Shown here one piece after another: positions 1-12,195 of a stretch of 34,177 nt of DNA. How positions within the stretch are numbered: the stretch's first letter is position 1; each line of letters opens with the position of its first letter. Below the pieces are notes generated by a model, which saw only the letters and a list, made by a program, of their open reading frames with translations, had not been told where the DNA came from and made no database searches. Position numbers and translations under genes: made by a program. Origin of the DNA: Octopus bimaculoides (taxonomy: Eukaryota); contig NC_068984.1 in assembly GCF_001194135.2 (NCBI RefSeq), positions 103,230,800 through 103,264,976 of the forward strand, read 5' to 3'.

Positions 1-66
<66 letters not shown>

Positions 67-92
67 TGTGTGTGTGCGTGTGTGTGTGTGCG
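1..92. repeat. (TG)n microsatellite
   Basis: Near-perfect TG dinucleotide run from the window start. Confidence 0.98.
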
Positions 93-822
93 CGTATGTT
101 TCGGTGACAGCGAATGTATATCGCAACACATCCAGTAAAGCTTTTCTGGAACACATTTTGTTTACATGAATGAGTCCCGGTGGCAAATAAATGAAGCTAA
201 TATTATTATTAACATCACCACCATCATCACCGTTATCAGCATCACTAATCACCATCATCACTAATCACCATCATCACCATCATCAACGTCACCATCAGCA
301 GCAGTAGCAGCATAGCTGTTTTTCATATTTCATGAGGAACACAATGTTGATAACAAAGATAGATGTAAATGCAAGATTCATTATAAAACTATAAAGAAAT
401 AAAATCGGATATAAAAATAACTTTCTATTTTTAATCTAATCATATCTGTTCTCTTTCTGTTAAGAACATTTTCACGTTTTGTTTATTCGTTTTGCTTTTT
501 TGTATTATCACAGTTGGGTATTACAAAGAAACGGTTAGTTTCTTTGCAGTGAAAACAACACAATGGTACAAAAATGATGAAAATACAGTCTCACTGTAAA
601 AATGAAGGAATATATTGAACAAAAGGAAAATAAATATTAGGAGAAAGGGTGGGGGGAATAGAAAAAAGAGTTCTGTTTTCTGTTAAATAAAACTACAGCA
701 GCAGTAGTAGTAGTGGTAGTAGTGCCAAGTGGTGTGGCCATGTGAATGCTCCTTTGTTGCACCCTTCAACAAAGTGGATTTTGAGAAAGAGAGAAAAAGA
801 AGAGGGAATTGCCTCTGTCCTT

Positions 823-970
823 GACTGGTAGATTATTTATCGACCCTTGGATGGGAGAAAAAAGCCAAACTGACCTCGATAGGATCTGAACTCAGAGCGG
901 AGAAAGCCTGTACAATTACCGCAAGGCGTTTTATCCGACGCCCTAATGTCTCTGCTAGTTCACTGCCTTA
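823..970 (-). mobile_element. tRNA-derived SINE family A, degenerate copy
   Basis: Reverse complement matches the family (ctggta..ttatcgaccc..tgaactcag..ctgctagttcactgcctta = head/B-box region). Confidence 0.7.
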
Positions 971-994
971 GTGGTATTCTGACAAATTATGACA

Positions 995-1140
995 GAGCGT
1001 TGGATTGGCAGAATCGGCAGGGCATCGGACAAAGCTACCTTGTGGCATTTGTTTCGGCTCTTCACTCCCTGAGTTCGAAATTTCTGCCATGGTCAACCTC
1101 GGCAGCATCCGGTGTCAGTAAAATATAGTGCCAGTATTCC
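995..1140 (+). mobile_element. SINE family A-like degenerate copy, head-to-head with 823-970
   Basis: ttggcagaatcg (A-box-like) ... ctgagttcgaaatttctgcc (B-box-like) ... aaaatatagtgccagt. Confidence 0.55.
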
Positions 1141-1620
1141 GAAGACATCGCAAGGAAGACTAACTAGCAGTGATACGAATCGACAGAATAAACAGCAGTA
1201 CAAGGTTATTGATGTTGTTGTATATGAGTAGATTTTGATTCGAATAGGAGACTAAACAATTGAATCAATCTCAGTTCGTAACAGATCCTAATTTATCAAC
1301 GATAGGGAAATGAGAAGCACAATAAACTGAGACAAAATTTTAACTAACTAAAAGCGGTTGATCCTTATTCATACAATCTCGTATACGTCATGCCATCACC
1401 GTCTACTAACAATATCAATGATAAATTGGTTATAAATGCTCTTAAAAATCATCACAGATTACAGATACTCGTTTTTGTGCACCGAAATCAATACCAAAAC
1501 AAAATGAAGTAATGTTACAAGTTAAGGCATACATATCTGTTTCATTTTGAGTTACTTTTTTAAAGTCCGTTGCTTATGTTTTAATTCGGTTTAACAGTCC
1601 GCCGTATTTTGTTACGAACA

Positions 1621-1827
1621 AAGCGGCGAGCTGGCAGAATCGTTAGCACACCAGGCAAAACGCTTTGCGGCATTTACGTTCTAAGTTCAAATTCTGCCTA
1701 GGTTGACTTTGCCTTCCATTCTTTCTGAGTCGATAAAATAAGTACCAGTCGAGCACTGGGATCAATGTAATCAATTTTCCCCGTTCCTCGAAACTGCTGA
1801 CCTTGTGCCAAAATTTGAAACCAATAT
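1621..1827 (+). mobile_element. SINE family A, near full length
   Basis: gcggcgagctggcagaatcgttagc head, gttcaaattc B box, gtcgataaaataagtaccag core, tail ccttgtgccaaaatttgaaaccaatatt. Confidence 0.9.
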
Positions 1828-2024
1828 TTTGTCACAAATTTTCAGTGAAATAGTTTTTCTTGTACATTGAAAGAGAACAATGATGAATACTTGACCACAA
1901 GGTAGCCGTGTAAATCACTGCATTCTTTTTGTATGATGAACCGCAAGACCTTGTAATTCCGAGATAACTTTTATTAATATCCGATTCTCGCATGTTCAAT
2001 CTTCATGCAATCATAGGAAGGTTT

Positions 2025-2244
2025 AAGGCGGCGAGCTAGTAGAAACGTTAGCTCGCTGGGCGAAATGCTTAGTGGTATTTCGTCTGTCTTTACGTTCTGA
2101 GTTCAAATTCCGCCGATGTTGACTTTGCCTTTCATCCTTTCGGGGTCGATAAATTAAGTACCAGTTGTGTACTGGAGTCGAGCTAATCGATTGGCCCCCA
2201 CCACAGAAATGTCGGTCCTTGTGCCTAGAGTAGAAAAGAATCAT
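2025..2244 (+). mobile_element. SINE family A, full length, with 13-bp TSD
   Basis: aaggcggcgagctagtagaaacgttagc head, gagttcaaattcc B box; aatcataggaagg is present at both 2009-2021 and 2239-2251. Confidence 0.92.
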
Positions 2245-2490
2245 AGGAAGGCTTTGGATAATTTTCTCGTGTATTGGCTGCTTTAAAATTTTCTAACGCT
2301 ACGTTAATATAGAATAATTTCGATAACAGCAAGTTGGAAAAGAAGGAACCAGAGCTAATTACCTTACATATCTGTGTATTAGGGTTGTTCTTGGTTTTGA
2401 AGTCAAATTTCTTGTTTCTGCAAACACAGGATGCATGTCTAATTAGGTAAACAATGAAAAGAAAATATTATAGGAATAATGTTTGGGATA

Positions 2491-2860
2491 GGCACAGGTG
2501 CGGCTGTGAGCCATGTGGTTGTTTCCCAACCACATGGCACCGGTTTTAGTTCCACTGCGTGACACCTTGGTCAAGTGACTTCTACTATAACTTCGGGCTA
2601 ACCAAAGCTTTGTGAGTGGATTCAGGAGACGGAAACTGAAATAGGCCAGTCGTGTGTGTGTGTGTGTGTTGCTGTATATATGTTTGTCCCCTACCACCGC
2701 TTGACAACCGGTGTTTCTGTTTCCGAGGCATAGCAGTTCAGTAAAAGAAACCGATAGGATAAGTACCAGACTTAAAAATAAGTGTTGGAGTCTTATTCTA
2801 AATTCTTCAAGGCGGTGCTCCAGCATGGCTGCAGTATAATGACTGAAAGAAGATAAAGAA
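2491..2860 (+). mobile_element. Bipartite SINE family B (tRNA head, CORE-like segment, internal (GT)n, 3' tail)
   Basis: Head ggcacaggtgcggctgtg..ttagttccactgcgtgacaccttggtcaagtg; internal GT run; tail aaggcggtgctccagcatggctgcag..gactgaaa. Confidence 0.85.
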
Positions 2861-3878
2861 AAAGACAGAAAATAGTAAACAAATATAACTATTTGAGCGC
2901 CGAAATAAATATCTAAATTAAGCGTCCTAAGTTCAAATCCTATTTTGTTCAGAGGATCAATTATTTACAATTAATTCACTGAAGTCAACTCAGTCAAGCA
3001 CAATTTCCATTTTGTTTTTCCTCTTCAGATATGTGTTCTTGTACCTAAATAAAAGGTAAAATATTTCTTTTACCGAAAAACAACAATATAATAAAAGTTA
3101 GATTGTAAAAATGGAGATATTTTTTGCCTTGGAGCGGTGTATTGGAAGAATCGGAGAAAATATTTAGTGCCGTTTGTTTTTAGTCTTTGTACTCTGAGTC
3201 CAAAAACCACCCTGGTAAGTTTTGTTTTTCATCCTTTCGAGATCGTTAAAAGAAAATAGCAATCCAAGGTGGTGGGTTAGCGAAACTATAAGAATGTCGC
3301 ACCAGATGTTTCACGGTCTTCTTCTGAGTTCAAATTCCGCAATGGCGTACTTGGCGGGTAGATTTAGCCCGTTTCGTGGTTTAATACCATTATCTGACAT
3401 CTTCGGAACTGTTTGCAGAGTCCACTCTGTAGCAAGGATTCAGGCCAAGTTTCCAGCTTGAGAATATCTTCGTCCGTCTTTTTCTCCTTGCCTCTCTCTC
3501 AGAGGTCATATAATGAGTTGTGGACACTACCTTTCCTAGTAACTAAAACACATGAAATATAAAAGAAATTAGTTGCATAAATGAAGTGCAAATGCTTCAA
3601 GTGAAACTTGGGGAAATGAAATTCGCGTTCTCCACTCTACGAGATCTTAGTTTCCTCTACGGCACTGGATATATCCTACAGGTTAGTTAGTTGTTTCTTT
3701 TATCGAAATACATTGTTCTCATCATGTATAGCAAATAATGTTTTCTACATCTTTTGTGAAGGCATTGTATACGTAAACGAAGGAATATAACTCTATCAGA
3801 GACTGAACTCCCATTGTGGAATTATATCTACTGTACTTATCATTATTCTGTAAACGAAAATTGTTAAGTTCTTAAAAA

Positions 3879-4063
3879 ATGGTTTCAAATTTTGGCATAA
3901 GTTTAGTAATTTTAGGGGACAAGTTTAGTCAATTTCATCGACCATAGCACTCAAATGACACTTAGTTTATTGATTCCGAACGAATGAAAGACAAAGTCGA
4001 CATCGACATAATTTGAACTCAGAACATAAAGAGCATGAACGATTCTGCTAGTTCACCGCTTTA
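3879..4063 (-). mobile_element. SINE family A, degenerate, internally deleted
   Basis: tggtttcaaattttggcataag (rc of tail) ... aaagtcgac..tttgaactcagaac..aacgattctgctagttcaccgcttta (rc of head). Confidence 0.8.
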
Positions 4064-4091
4064 ATCAAGTCCTTAATAATCTTTCTACTGT

Positions 4092-4290
4092 AAGTACAAG
4101 ACCTGAAATTTTGAAGGAAGAGCCCAGTCGATTACACCGACCACAGCGTTAAACTGGTACTTATTTTATCGATTCCGAGGTGGGTGAAAGGAAAAGTCGA
4201 CCGTGACGGAATTTGAACTCAAAACGTAGAAAACCAGAAGAAATGTCGCTAAGTACTTTGCCCGACGCGGTACTGAGTCCTCCAGCCCGC
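4092..4290 (-). mobile_element. SINE family A, degenerate
   Basis: actggtacttattttatcga..aaagtcgac..ggaatttgaactcaaaacgta; tandem with the previous copy. Confidence 0.8.
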
Positions 4291-5109
4291 TACATTAGTT
4301 ATGTTCTTAATAAAGTATCACAAAGTAGTACCTCGTGACGTCTGATAAAATTATTCCCGTCCAACAACAGCACAACAGTTTTCTTAATTCGAAATGATAT
4401 ACCTTCTGGCTTCGATACTGATCTATTTACTACGGAAAAGAGAATGAAAGCAATATCTTGTATTTTTTATACTAAGGAATACATGATAACAATCTACAGT
4501 TTACGTTAGTTTTAGATCATATAACACCTTAATCATGATTCTGACGACAAGCTTTTGTTACTTGAAAATGGCTGATGTTTAATTCATTTCTAAATATAGA
4601 GATAACATTGAAAAATTCTTTCTCGCATCTGCAGCATATATTCAACTATTTAAATATGCAATTTAGCAGTTCCATATTACAAGCAGATATCATTAATTTC
4701 TCACTCATCTCTCAAAATGGAACAGAATCAGTTACATCGATACATTCATTGTTGATAAAGATATTGAAAAATATGATTTCAGTTAGTAAGAAAAGAAATA
4801 TCAGGCGTCTAAGACATGAGAAGTAGGTTCCCAATGTATCAAATTTCTGATCTGATTCTCCGCTTGAAGCCAGTTCACTCCCCTTACATCAAAAGAAAGG
4901 GTGAAAGAGGCAACTAGCTACGTCTCGTCTATAAAATATATAAATCCGAGTCCTTTAAGTAGAGATGAACCGACTGCTTATATAAAAAAAGTAATAACCA
5001 TCTATGGTTCATGCCTAATGTATTCACACAGAACAAATATTGTAGTAAGTGGTCTATCGAAAACATGTATACATTACGTATAATATATACATGACTATAT
5101 TAATTGAAT

Positions 5110-5326
5110 ATCTTTTAATTTTTAGTTGTTTCAGTCATTAGATTGCGACCATACTGGGGTGCCACTTTGAAGAATTGTTAGTCGAACAGATCGAACCTGG
5201 TACTTTTTTTAAGCTTTATTCCATCGATATCTTGTGCCGAGCAGCTAGATTATGGGGACCTAAATGCACTAACACCAGTTTCCGGCGGTGGTGGAGGGTA
5301 AATACAGCCACAAAGACACACCCAAT

Positions 5327-5406
<80 letters not shown>

Positions 5407-5847
5407 TCACTTATGTGAATATGTTTTTGCCATATATATATATATATATATATATACTTTATTTAAAAGCAGCAGAAATATAACAAAAGACTGTTACTCT
5501 GAGTTTCACGTTCCCGTTCATCGGACAGTTTTGTTAGAAATGGAAAAGGAATAACAATGCAATCAAAAGTGATATTAAATTTAAAACACATGGATTCGTT
5601 TGATTGGTCGTTTCAAATAACGGTCATGGATGCGTAATGAACAAAAATATCTATGCATGTATGTATGTATATGCATTCATATATACGACGGGCTTCTTTA
5701 AATTTCTGTCTACCAAGTCCCGTCACAAGGCTTTGGTCGGCTCGAGGCTATAATAAAAGACATTTGCCCAAGGTGCTATGCAGTGTGTCTCAACCCGGAA
5801 CCATGTGGTTGGGAAGCAAGCTTCTTACCTCAGAGCCACGCCTGCGC
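5110..5847 (-). mobile_element. SINE family B with expanded internal spacer ((AT)n plus ~200 bp of other sequence)
   Basis: rc of 3' half at 5110-5310 (ttgtttcagtcatt..gaagaattgttagtcga); rc of 5' half at ~5680-5847 (gacgggcttctt..cccggaaccatgtggttgggaagcaagcttcttacc..gccacgcctgcgc). Could be two half copies. Confidence 0.75.
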
Positions 5848-6425
5848 TGGGATAGTGGATAAAAAATATAATTTTAAAAAGAAATTGTGCAAAATCTCGT
5901 GAGTTCAAATACCGTCATAGGTAATCATAAATGTGTCTAATCAAGACACTTATTTGCACATTGTCGCCGTTTTCTATGATATCCCTAAACTAGAACTCAG
6001 CTGCTTTCGGAGGCTAACATCACTAAACTAGCAACCTATTCAGAAAATGAGAACATTTCTGACTCATCCACTTCAAGCCGTGAAAATCAACATTTACATA
6101 CCTTGTGTGAAACGATCTTTTTGATTCTTTATCGTACTTTCTATTCTGTCATTTTATTCCTTGCAGAATAAATACACCCTTTCAGTTTTCTTCAATCAAG
6201 CGTTGTTTCTTTGTTTCTTGTCTTTTCCTTTATATCTTTTATTCTTAGTTACAAACGATTTCCATTAAGTGTTTCCCAAATATAATTCATTAGTACTAAC
6301 TCCGGAAACAGAATATTGTGTAAGGCTATGGCTACTTATCATTAATTAAATTATTTTCAGATTTAATTGGAGTAATTAACTGTATTTTATATATTTCTTC
6401 TGACTGTGAAGTTTAGAGTGTGAGA

Positions 6426-6439
6426 ACACACACACACAC

Positions 6440-6526
<87 letters not shown>
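6426..6526. repeat. (CA)n-(GATA)n compound microsatellite
   Basis: Direct reading. Confidence 0.97.
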
Positions 6527-6527
<1 letters not shown>

Positions 6528-6546
6528 GTGTGTGGATGGGGGTGTA

Positions 6547-6716
6547 TGCGCAAGCGTTGCTGTGTAGTAAGAAACTTGCTTCCCAACTACATGGTTCTAG
6601 GTTCAGTCCCACTGCGTGGCACCTTGGGCAATTGTCTTCCACCTTAGCCTCGGGCCGACCAAACCATTGGTAGACGGAAAGGGAGAGAAGCCCGTCGCGC
6701 ATATATATACATATAC

Positions 6717-6755
<39 letters not shown>

Positions 6756-6990
6756 NNNNNNNNNNNNNNNNNNNNNNNNNNNNNNNNNNNNNNNNNNNNN
6801 NNNTATAAAGTCTTTGTGTCTGTGTTTGACCCTCCACCACCATCGTCACCAGCGCTTGACAACCGGTGCTGGTGCATTTACGTCCCCGTAGCTTTGCGGT
6901 TCCGCTAAAGACTCTGATAGAATAAGTACGAGGCCTAAAAATAAATAAGTACTGGGGTGGGTCGATGCATTCGACTAAAAGTTCTTCAAG
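6547..6990 (+). mobile_element. SINE family B (internal (AT)n and gap; extreme 3' tail missing)
   Basis: gcgcaagcgttgctgtgtagtaagaaacttgcttcccaac..ggttcagtcccactgcgtggcaccttgggcaa; 3' half gcttgacaaccggtg..gtcgatgcattcgactaaaagttcttcaag. Confidence 0.88.
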
Positions 6991-7033
<43 letters not shown>

Positions 7034-7532
7034 GCGCGTATTTTCACTGTTTTATTACCGAAGACGATGTACTAGATTAACATCAAATAAAAACGAGAAT
7101 ACTTCCTTTCGTGATAACGTGTAGAGTGTGATCAGTACTGGATTGATTCTTCCTCACTGATATAAAACATTCAGTTGTCGATTAATTTTATTTGAATATA
7201 ATTTTTTATCGCTTTTATTTATTTATTTATTTTTCTATTTTATTTTTGGCAATCTTTACGTAAAGTAGTGATTACGATAATCACTTTTTACACCATTGTC
7301 ATGTTTGCAGAATTAAAACCTGAATTAGTGAAAATATAAGGAACGCTATAAGTATTATGACCTCTTTGTGTTAAAATGTAGATTGTGACTTTGTGTGTAA
7401 CACTAAACATCCCCATGTTTTAGAGGCGAACAAGAACCAAGGAAAGAAGGATATAGTAGATGAAGTATCTATTTATTAAAGCATAGTTAGGTATTCTGTT
7501 ATACCCATTCCAACAGCTTTTACGTATCTATA

Positions 7533-7710
7533 GGCGCAGCCGTGGTTGTGTGGTAAGAAGATTGCTTCTCAACCACATGGTTCCGGGTTGAGTCCCACTA
7601 CGTGGCAGCTTGGGTAACTGTCTTCTACTATAGCCTCGAGCCGACCAAAGTCTTGTGAGCGGATTTGGTAGACGGAAACTGAAAGAAGCCTGTCGTATAT
7701 ATGTGTGTGT

Positions 7711-7747
<37 letters not shown>

Positions 7748-7974
7748 CGCGCGCGTGTGTGTGTCTGTAATTGTTCCCTACCACTACCTGACAATCGGTG
7801 TTGGTGTGTTTACTCCCCCGTAAATTAGCGTTTCTGCAAAACAAACCGATGGAACAAGTACCAGGCTTTAAGAAACAAAATAAGTACTGGAGTCGATTCA
7901 TTCGATAAAAAAATTCCAGACGGTGCTCCAGCATGGCCGCAGTCTAATGACTGAAACAAATAAAAGATAGAAGA
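7533..7974 (+). mobile_element. SINE family B, full length, best-preserved copy
   Basis: All modules present, including internal (GT)n and tail cggtgctccagcatggccgcagtctaatgactgaaacaaataaaaga. Confidence 0.92.
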
Positions 7975-8225
7975 TATATATATATGTCACCTCTAAAAGT
8001 ATTGGTTTCATTTCAAGGGTTTAGAGTCGACAGAATCTAGTACAGTTTTTATTAGTATCAAATATCAACTAAGGTTGTGAAGTTACAGGAAGGAAAGGGT
8101 AGGATTTAGAAAATATATCCCTGAGGAAAATTACCCAGGAACACCACCTGCATTAAAATCAATAGTCAAGTTAGCATTAGCATATTTAATGCAAGGAGCA
8201 TTAAATTCACTGGTTAGAAATAATT

Positions 8226-8419
8226 CTTTCAACAGTAGGCATAAGCCTTAAGTTTTGAGGGAGGGAGATAATTGATTATATCGGCGCCCCAGAGCGCGAC
8301 TGTTACTTATTTTATCGGCCCCGAAAGTATGAAAGGCAAAGTCAACTTCGGCGGCATTTGAACTCAGAATGCAAAGCCGGAAGAATACCGCTAAACATTT
8401 TATCCAGCTTGCTAATAAC
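8226..8419 (-). mobile_element. SINE family A
   Basis: tacttattttatcggccccgaaagtatgaaaggcaaagtcaacttcggcggcatttgaactcagaa = rc of core and B box. Confidence 0.85.
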
Positions 8420-10254
8420 AATTTTAATCAGTCACTGATAATAATTTAAATAGTTCGACAAGAACGAAAGAACACTCCAAGAATATTTAGATTGTATTAT
8501 GCCTTCCTCAATAGAATGAAGTACAGATTTTACAGTACTTACAGTAATGATGAAAGTATTTTTACGTTCTGAATTTAAAAGCTGTCAAAGCCCATTCTAG
8601 TTGTTCATCCATGCAAGTTCTATAAAATAGAGTGACCAGCCAAGAACTGGTGGAGAATTTAAATGGTCCTACCTTTGTATATTTGAAAATAGAAGGGGTT
8701 GCTAGATGCCCCACCAAAACGCAACGCCACTATAGAAATTAAAAGAGCATTGAAAACTTTATACAATCACGCAAGGCCAGATTCATTTCAGTAAACAGAA
8801 ACATCACCAGTAAAAGCCACTAACGCACACATCAAGTATAATACAGGGTTTTAACATACAGAGTATATATTTTCTCCTTGGTGTAACTTTAACTGGATCC
8901 AGTATTGAGGTCCTGTTTGAGAGATTCGAGATTTTGAGGAGTGTGGAACCACTTTTTAACTACTGTTGTTCCTAGGTCTATTCTGACGTAGAATAATAAC
9001 ACCTATGAGGGTCCCAGCCATGGGTTAATTAGCATATTAGGGCTTGCCTACCTATGCATGTGAAGACTGAATCGAGCGGACTCTGTAGAAGAAACGTTCA
9101 TGATTCAGCGGAGGGGAAGACAACTGCAGCAACGCATTTTTGTGTATAGAAAGCAAGATGAGGCAGGCAAGCCATCTTGGTCATCCAGTGCATCTGTCTC
9201 TATCTCCAATCATCTTGACCTGATCTTACAACTGGACTGAAGATGGTCATAGATGAAAGAATGAGACTGGCGGTGTGCAACTCTTCTGCACTTTAAACAA
9301 AGTCATAGCACAAGTCATTGGCCATCCTTAAGGATGATTAGGTGGTGCTCGTCGCTTTAACGGACAAAAACGACAGAATATATCAATATATTATACATAG
9401 TGTTAACTAATATTCATAGATATATTCTGTAGTATAGTAACTCAGTACATTTAAACACTGCAGTATACTTTGTGTTTGTGCTCGTGTTTGTTGTTTTCCC
9501 TAGTGATGTTTGTGCTTAATTATTCAATTAAACTTGGATTTTTATGATTCTACATCATATTTGAAAATTCATTATCAACTTATATTTTCTATGTTTTGTT
9601 AATTCCTATCGTGGCGCTATTTTCGTGGAGAAATATCTAACGGCTCTTATAAAATATAAATTTTATAAATGTTCGTGAATAATCACTATTACTATTCATG
9701 TGTACAATATCTCCTTTTATTCATTTTGTTTTTTAGTATACATATTTGTGTAACATGTATCTGTAGTTTCTCATTCAACCTAAAATGAATCCCTTGCGTC
9801 ACATCATTTTTTTTTTGTTACTTTTGTCGTTACATTATATATACATGTAAGTGAATGTGGGATCTTAGAAAATATATGTTAGATATTCATGTTGAGAACG
9901 TAACACTAAAACACCATTAAATACATATAGATACATGAATAGCTACATACATGGGAAACTTTAGTTATAAATTTCCTGCTGAGAAAGGCCTTTATAATCT
10001 CCTCTGCAAAAGAGTTTCTTACAAAAGGCCAGGTGATAGCAAATGAGACGGAGACGCATCAACGTTCCCATATTTTCAGCCTCTAATGACAATAGTTACA
10101 AAAACTGCAACAGAAAGCATTTCATTGCCAAGATGACAACAGCAATCTCTTGAAATGTTGCTGAACCTATAACAGCGTTTCAAACAAAATAGAAAACACT
10201 GAGAAGAGAATATAAATTAAGTGAATCTTAGTTGTGTTTTCGATAATGCATAAC

Positions 10255-10274
10255 ACACACACATACATGTGTGC

Positions 10275-10309
<35 letters not shown>

Positions 10310-10440
10310 TGTATGTATCTCTCTATACATACATACATACATACATACAAGCATACATGTATATATATATATATTATGATATTTATGTATACGCATATAT
10401 GTATGCATATATATGCTTATATATATGCGTATATATGAGC

Positions 10441-10493
<53 letters not shown>

Positions 10494-10866
10494 NNNNNNN
10501 NNNNNNNNNNNNNNNNNNNNNNNNNNNNNNNNNNNNNNNNNNNNNNNNNNNNNNNNNNNNNNNNNNNNNNNNNNNNNNNNNNNNNNNNNNNNNNNNNNNN
10601 NNNNNNNNNNNNNNNNNNNNNNNNNNNNNNNNNNNNNNNNNNNNNNNNNNNNNNNNNNNNNNNNNNNNNNNNNNNNNNNNNNNNNNNNNNNNNNNNNNNN
10701 NNNNNNNNNNNNNNNNNNNNNNNNNNNNNNNNNNNNNNNNNNNNNNNNNNNNNNNNNNNNNNNNNNNNNNNNNNNNNNNNNNNNNNNNNNNNNNNNNNNN
10801 NNNNNNNNNNNNNNNNNNNNNNNNNNNNNNNNNNNNNNNNNNNNNNNNNNNNNNNNNNNNNNNNNN

Positions 10867-10920
<54 letters not shown>
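10255..10920. repeat. (TATG)n/(AT)n - gap - (AG)n microsatellite complex
   Basis: Direct reading; N gap ~10494-10866. Confidence 0.95.
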
Positions 10921-10927
<7 letters not shown>

Positions 10928-11191
10928 GTAAGAGCAACGCACATCCAATTCCTCACAAAACATATTGAATAACTCTATCAAATCCCTGAAACATTGTTAT
11001 AAGAACCATATTTTTACGAACAACAAAGATCAGACACGAAAAAAAAAAGACCGTCACTCAAGCAATATATCATTAAGACAAAGGGAAAATGTCTTGCCAC
11101 AGCGCACATAATACCATAAATGTGGAAGCGAAAGCGTTAGACACATTCCTAAAATATAATACTGTAAGGACAGCCTCCCTATGCAGTTCAC

Positions 11192-11221
11192 TTAGGGTTA
11201 GGGTTAGGGTTAGGATTAAGG
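11192..11221 (+). repeat. Interstitial telomere-like repeat (TTAGGG)3-TTAGGA-TTAAGG
   Basis: Direct reading. Confidence 0.85.
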
Positions 11222-11686
11222 ACCACAAGACCAAATTCTGAGGTAACTTAATTAATTTCCCAAAAGTCGAAGGTTAATTCCCCCAAAACCGAAGTGATGA
11301 TAGATATTAAGTGTAAATCGGCACTTATCGATCTGAAAATTCGATATATTGTGATAGGAGGTCAATGGAAGTTCACTGCTATTTCTATGAAGAGGTTTCC
11401 AAAGAAAACAAAACAGCCTACAGATTCACCCAATTCCATATCATCTACATTTTATCCCCTTCATATTTTCTAAATCGCTTCTCCTGTAAACCTCGGTAGT
11501 TGTTAAAGAGCTCATCAAGTTAAGAGATCTTGTCGTGAGGAGATTAACGAACTCTGGGAAATTACCGAGAGTCCAGAATGAGATGATTCCACCTGAGTTG
11601 AAAAGAATGCCGGTGAGGTTATGATTGCACTGCGGTGGCAGGTCTTGTGGAATTGCTTAACTTTGACACATTTAGAGAGAGAAAAT

Positions 11687-11689
<3 letters not shown>

Positions 11690-11740
<51 letters not shown>

Positions 11741-12104
11741 NNNNNNNNNNNNNNNNNNNNNNNNNNNNNNNNNNNNNNNNNNNNNNNNNNNNNNNNNNNN
11801 NNNNNNNNNNNNNNNNNNNNNNNNNNNNNNNNNNNNNNNNNNNNNNNNNNNNNNNNNNNNNNNNNNNNNNNNNNNNNNNNNNNNNNNNNNNNNNNNNNNN
11901 NNNNNNNNNNNNNNNNNNNNNNNNNNNNNNNNNNNNNNNNNNNNNNNNNNNNNNNNNNNNNNNNNNNNNNNNNNNNNNNNNNNNNNNNNNNNNNNNNNNN
12001 NNNNNNNNNNNNNNNNNNNNNNNNNNNNNNNNNNNNNNNNNNNNNNNNNNNNNNNNNNNNNNNNNNNNNNNNNNNNNNNNNNNNNNNNNNNNNNNNNNNN
12101 NNNN

Positions 12105-12165
<61 letters not shown>
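11690..12165. repeat. (CA)n - gap - (GT)n microsatellites
   Basis: Direct reading; N gap ~11741-12104. Confidence 0.95.
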
Positions 12166-12167
<2 letters not shown>

Positions 12168-12195
12168 TGAGTGTGAATTTCACTCTCTAAATGTG

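Noticed and set aside
1621-1700. tRNA-like A/B boxes in SINE heads as tRNA genes
   Set aside because: No complete cloverleaf or acceptor stem; each continues into a SINE body.
946-7934. Short ORFs such as 946-1128, 2023-2244, 2443-2826, 5653-5862, 6376-7047, 7569-7934
   Set aside because: They are chance translations of SINE-A/B copies and microsatellites.
9237-9258. CTGAAGA-tggtcatagat-GAAA hammerhead-like match
   Set aside because: Stem II does not close and there is no UH triplet or stem III; at most a very decayed relic.
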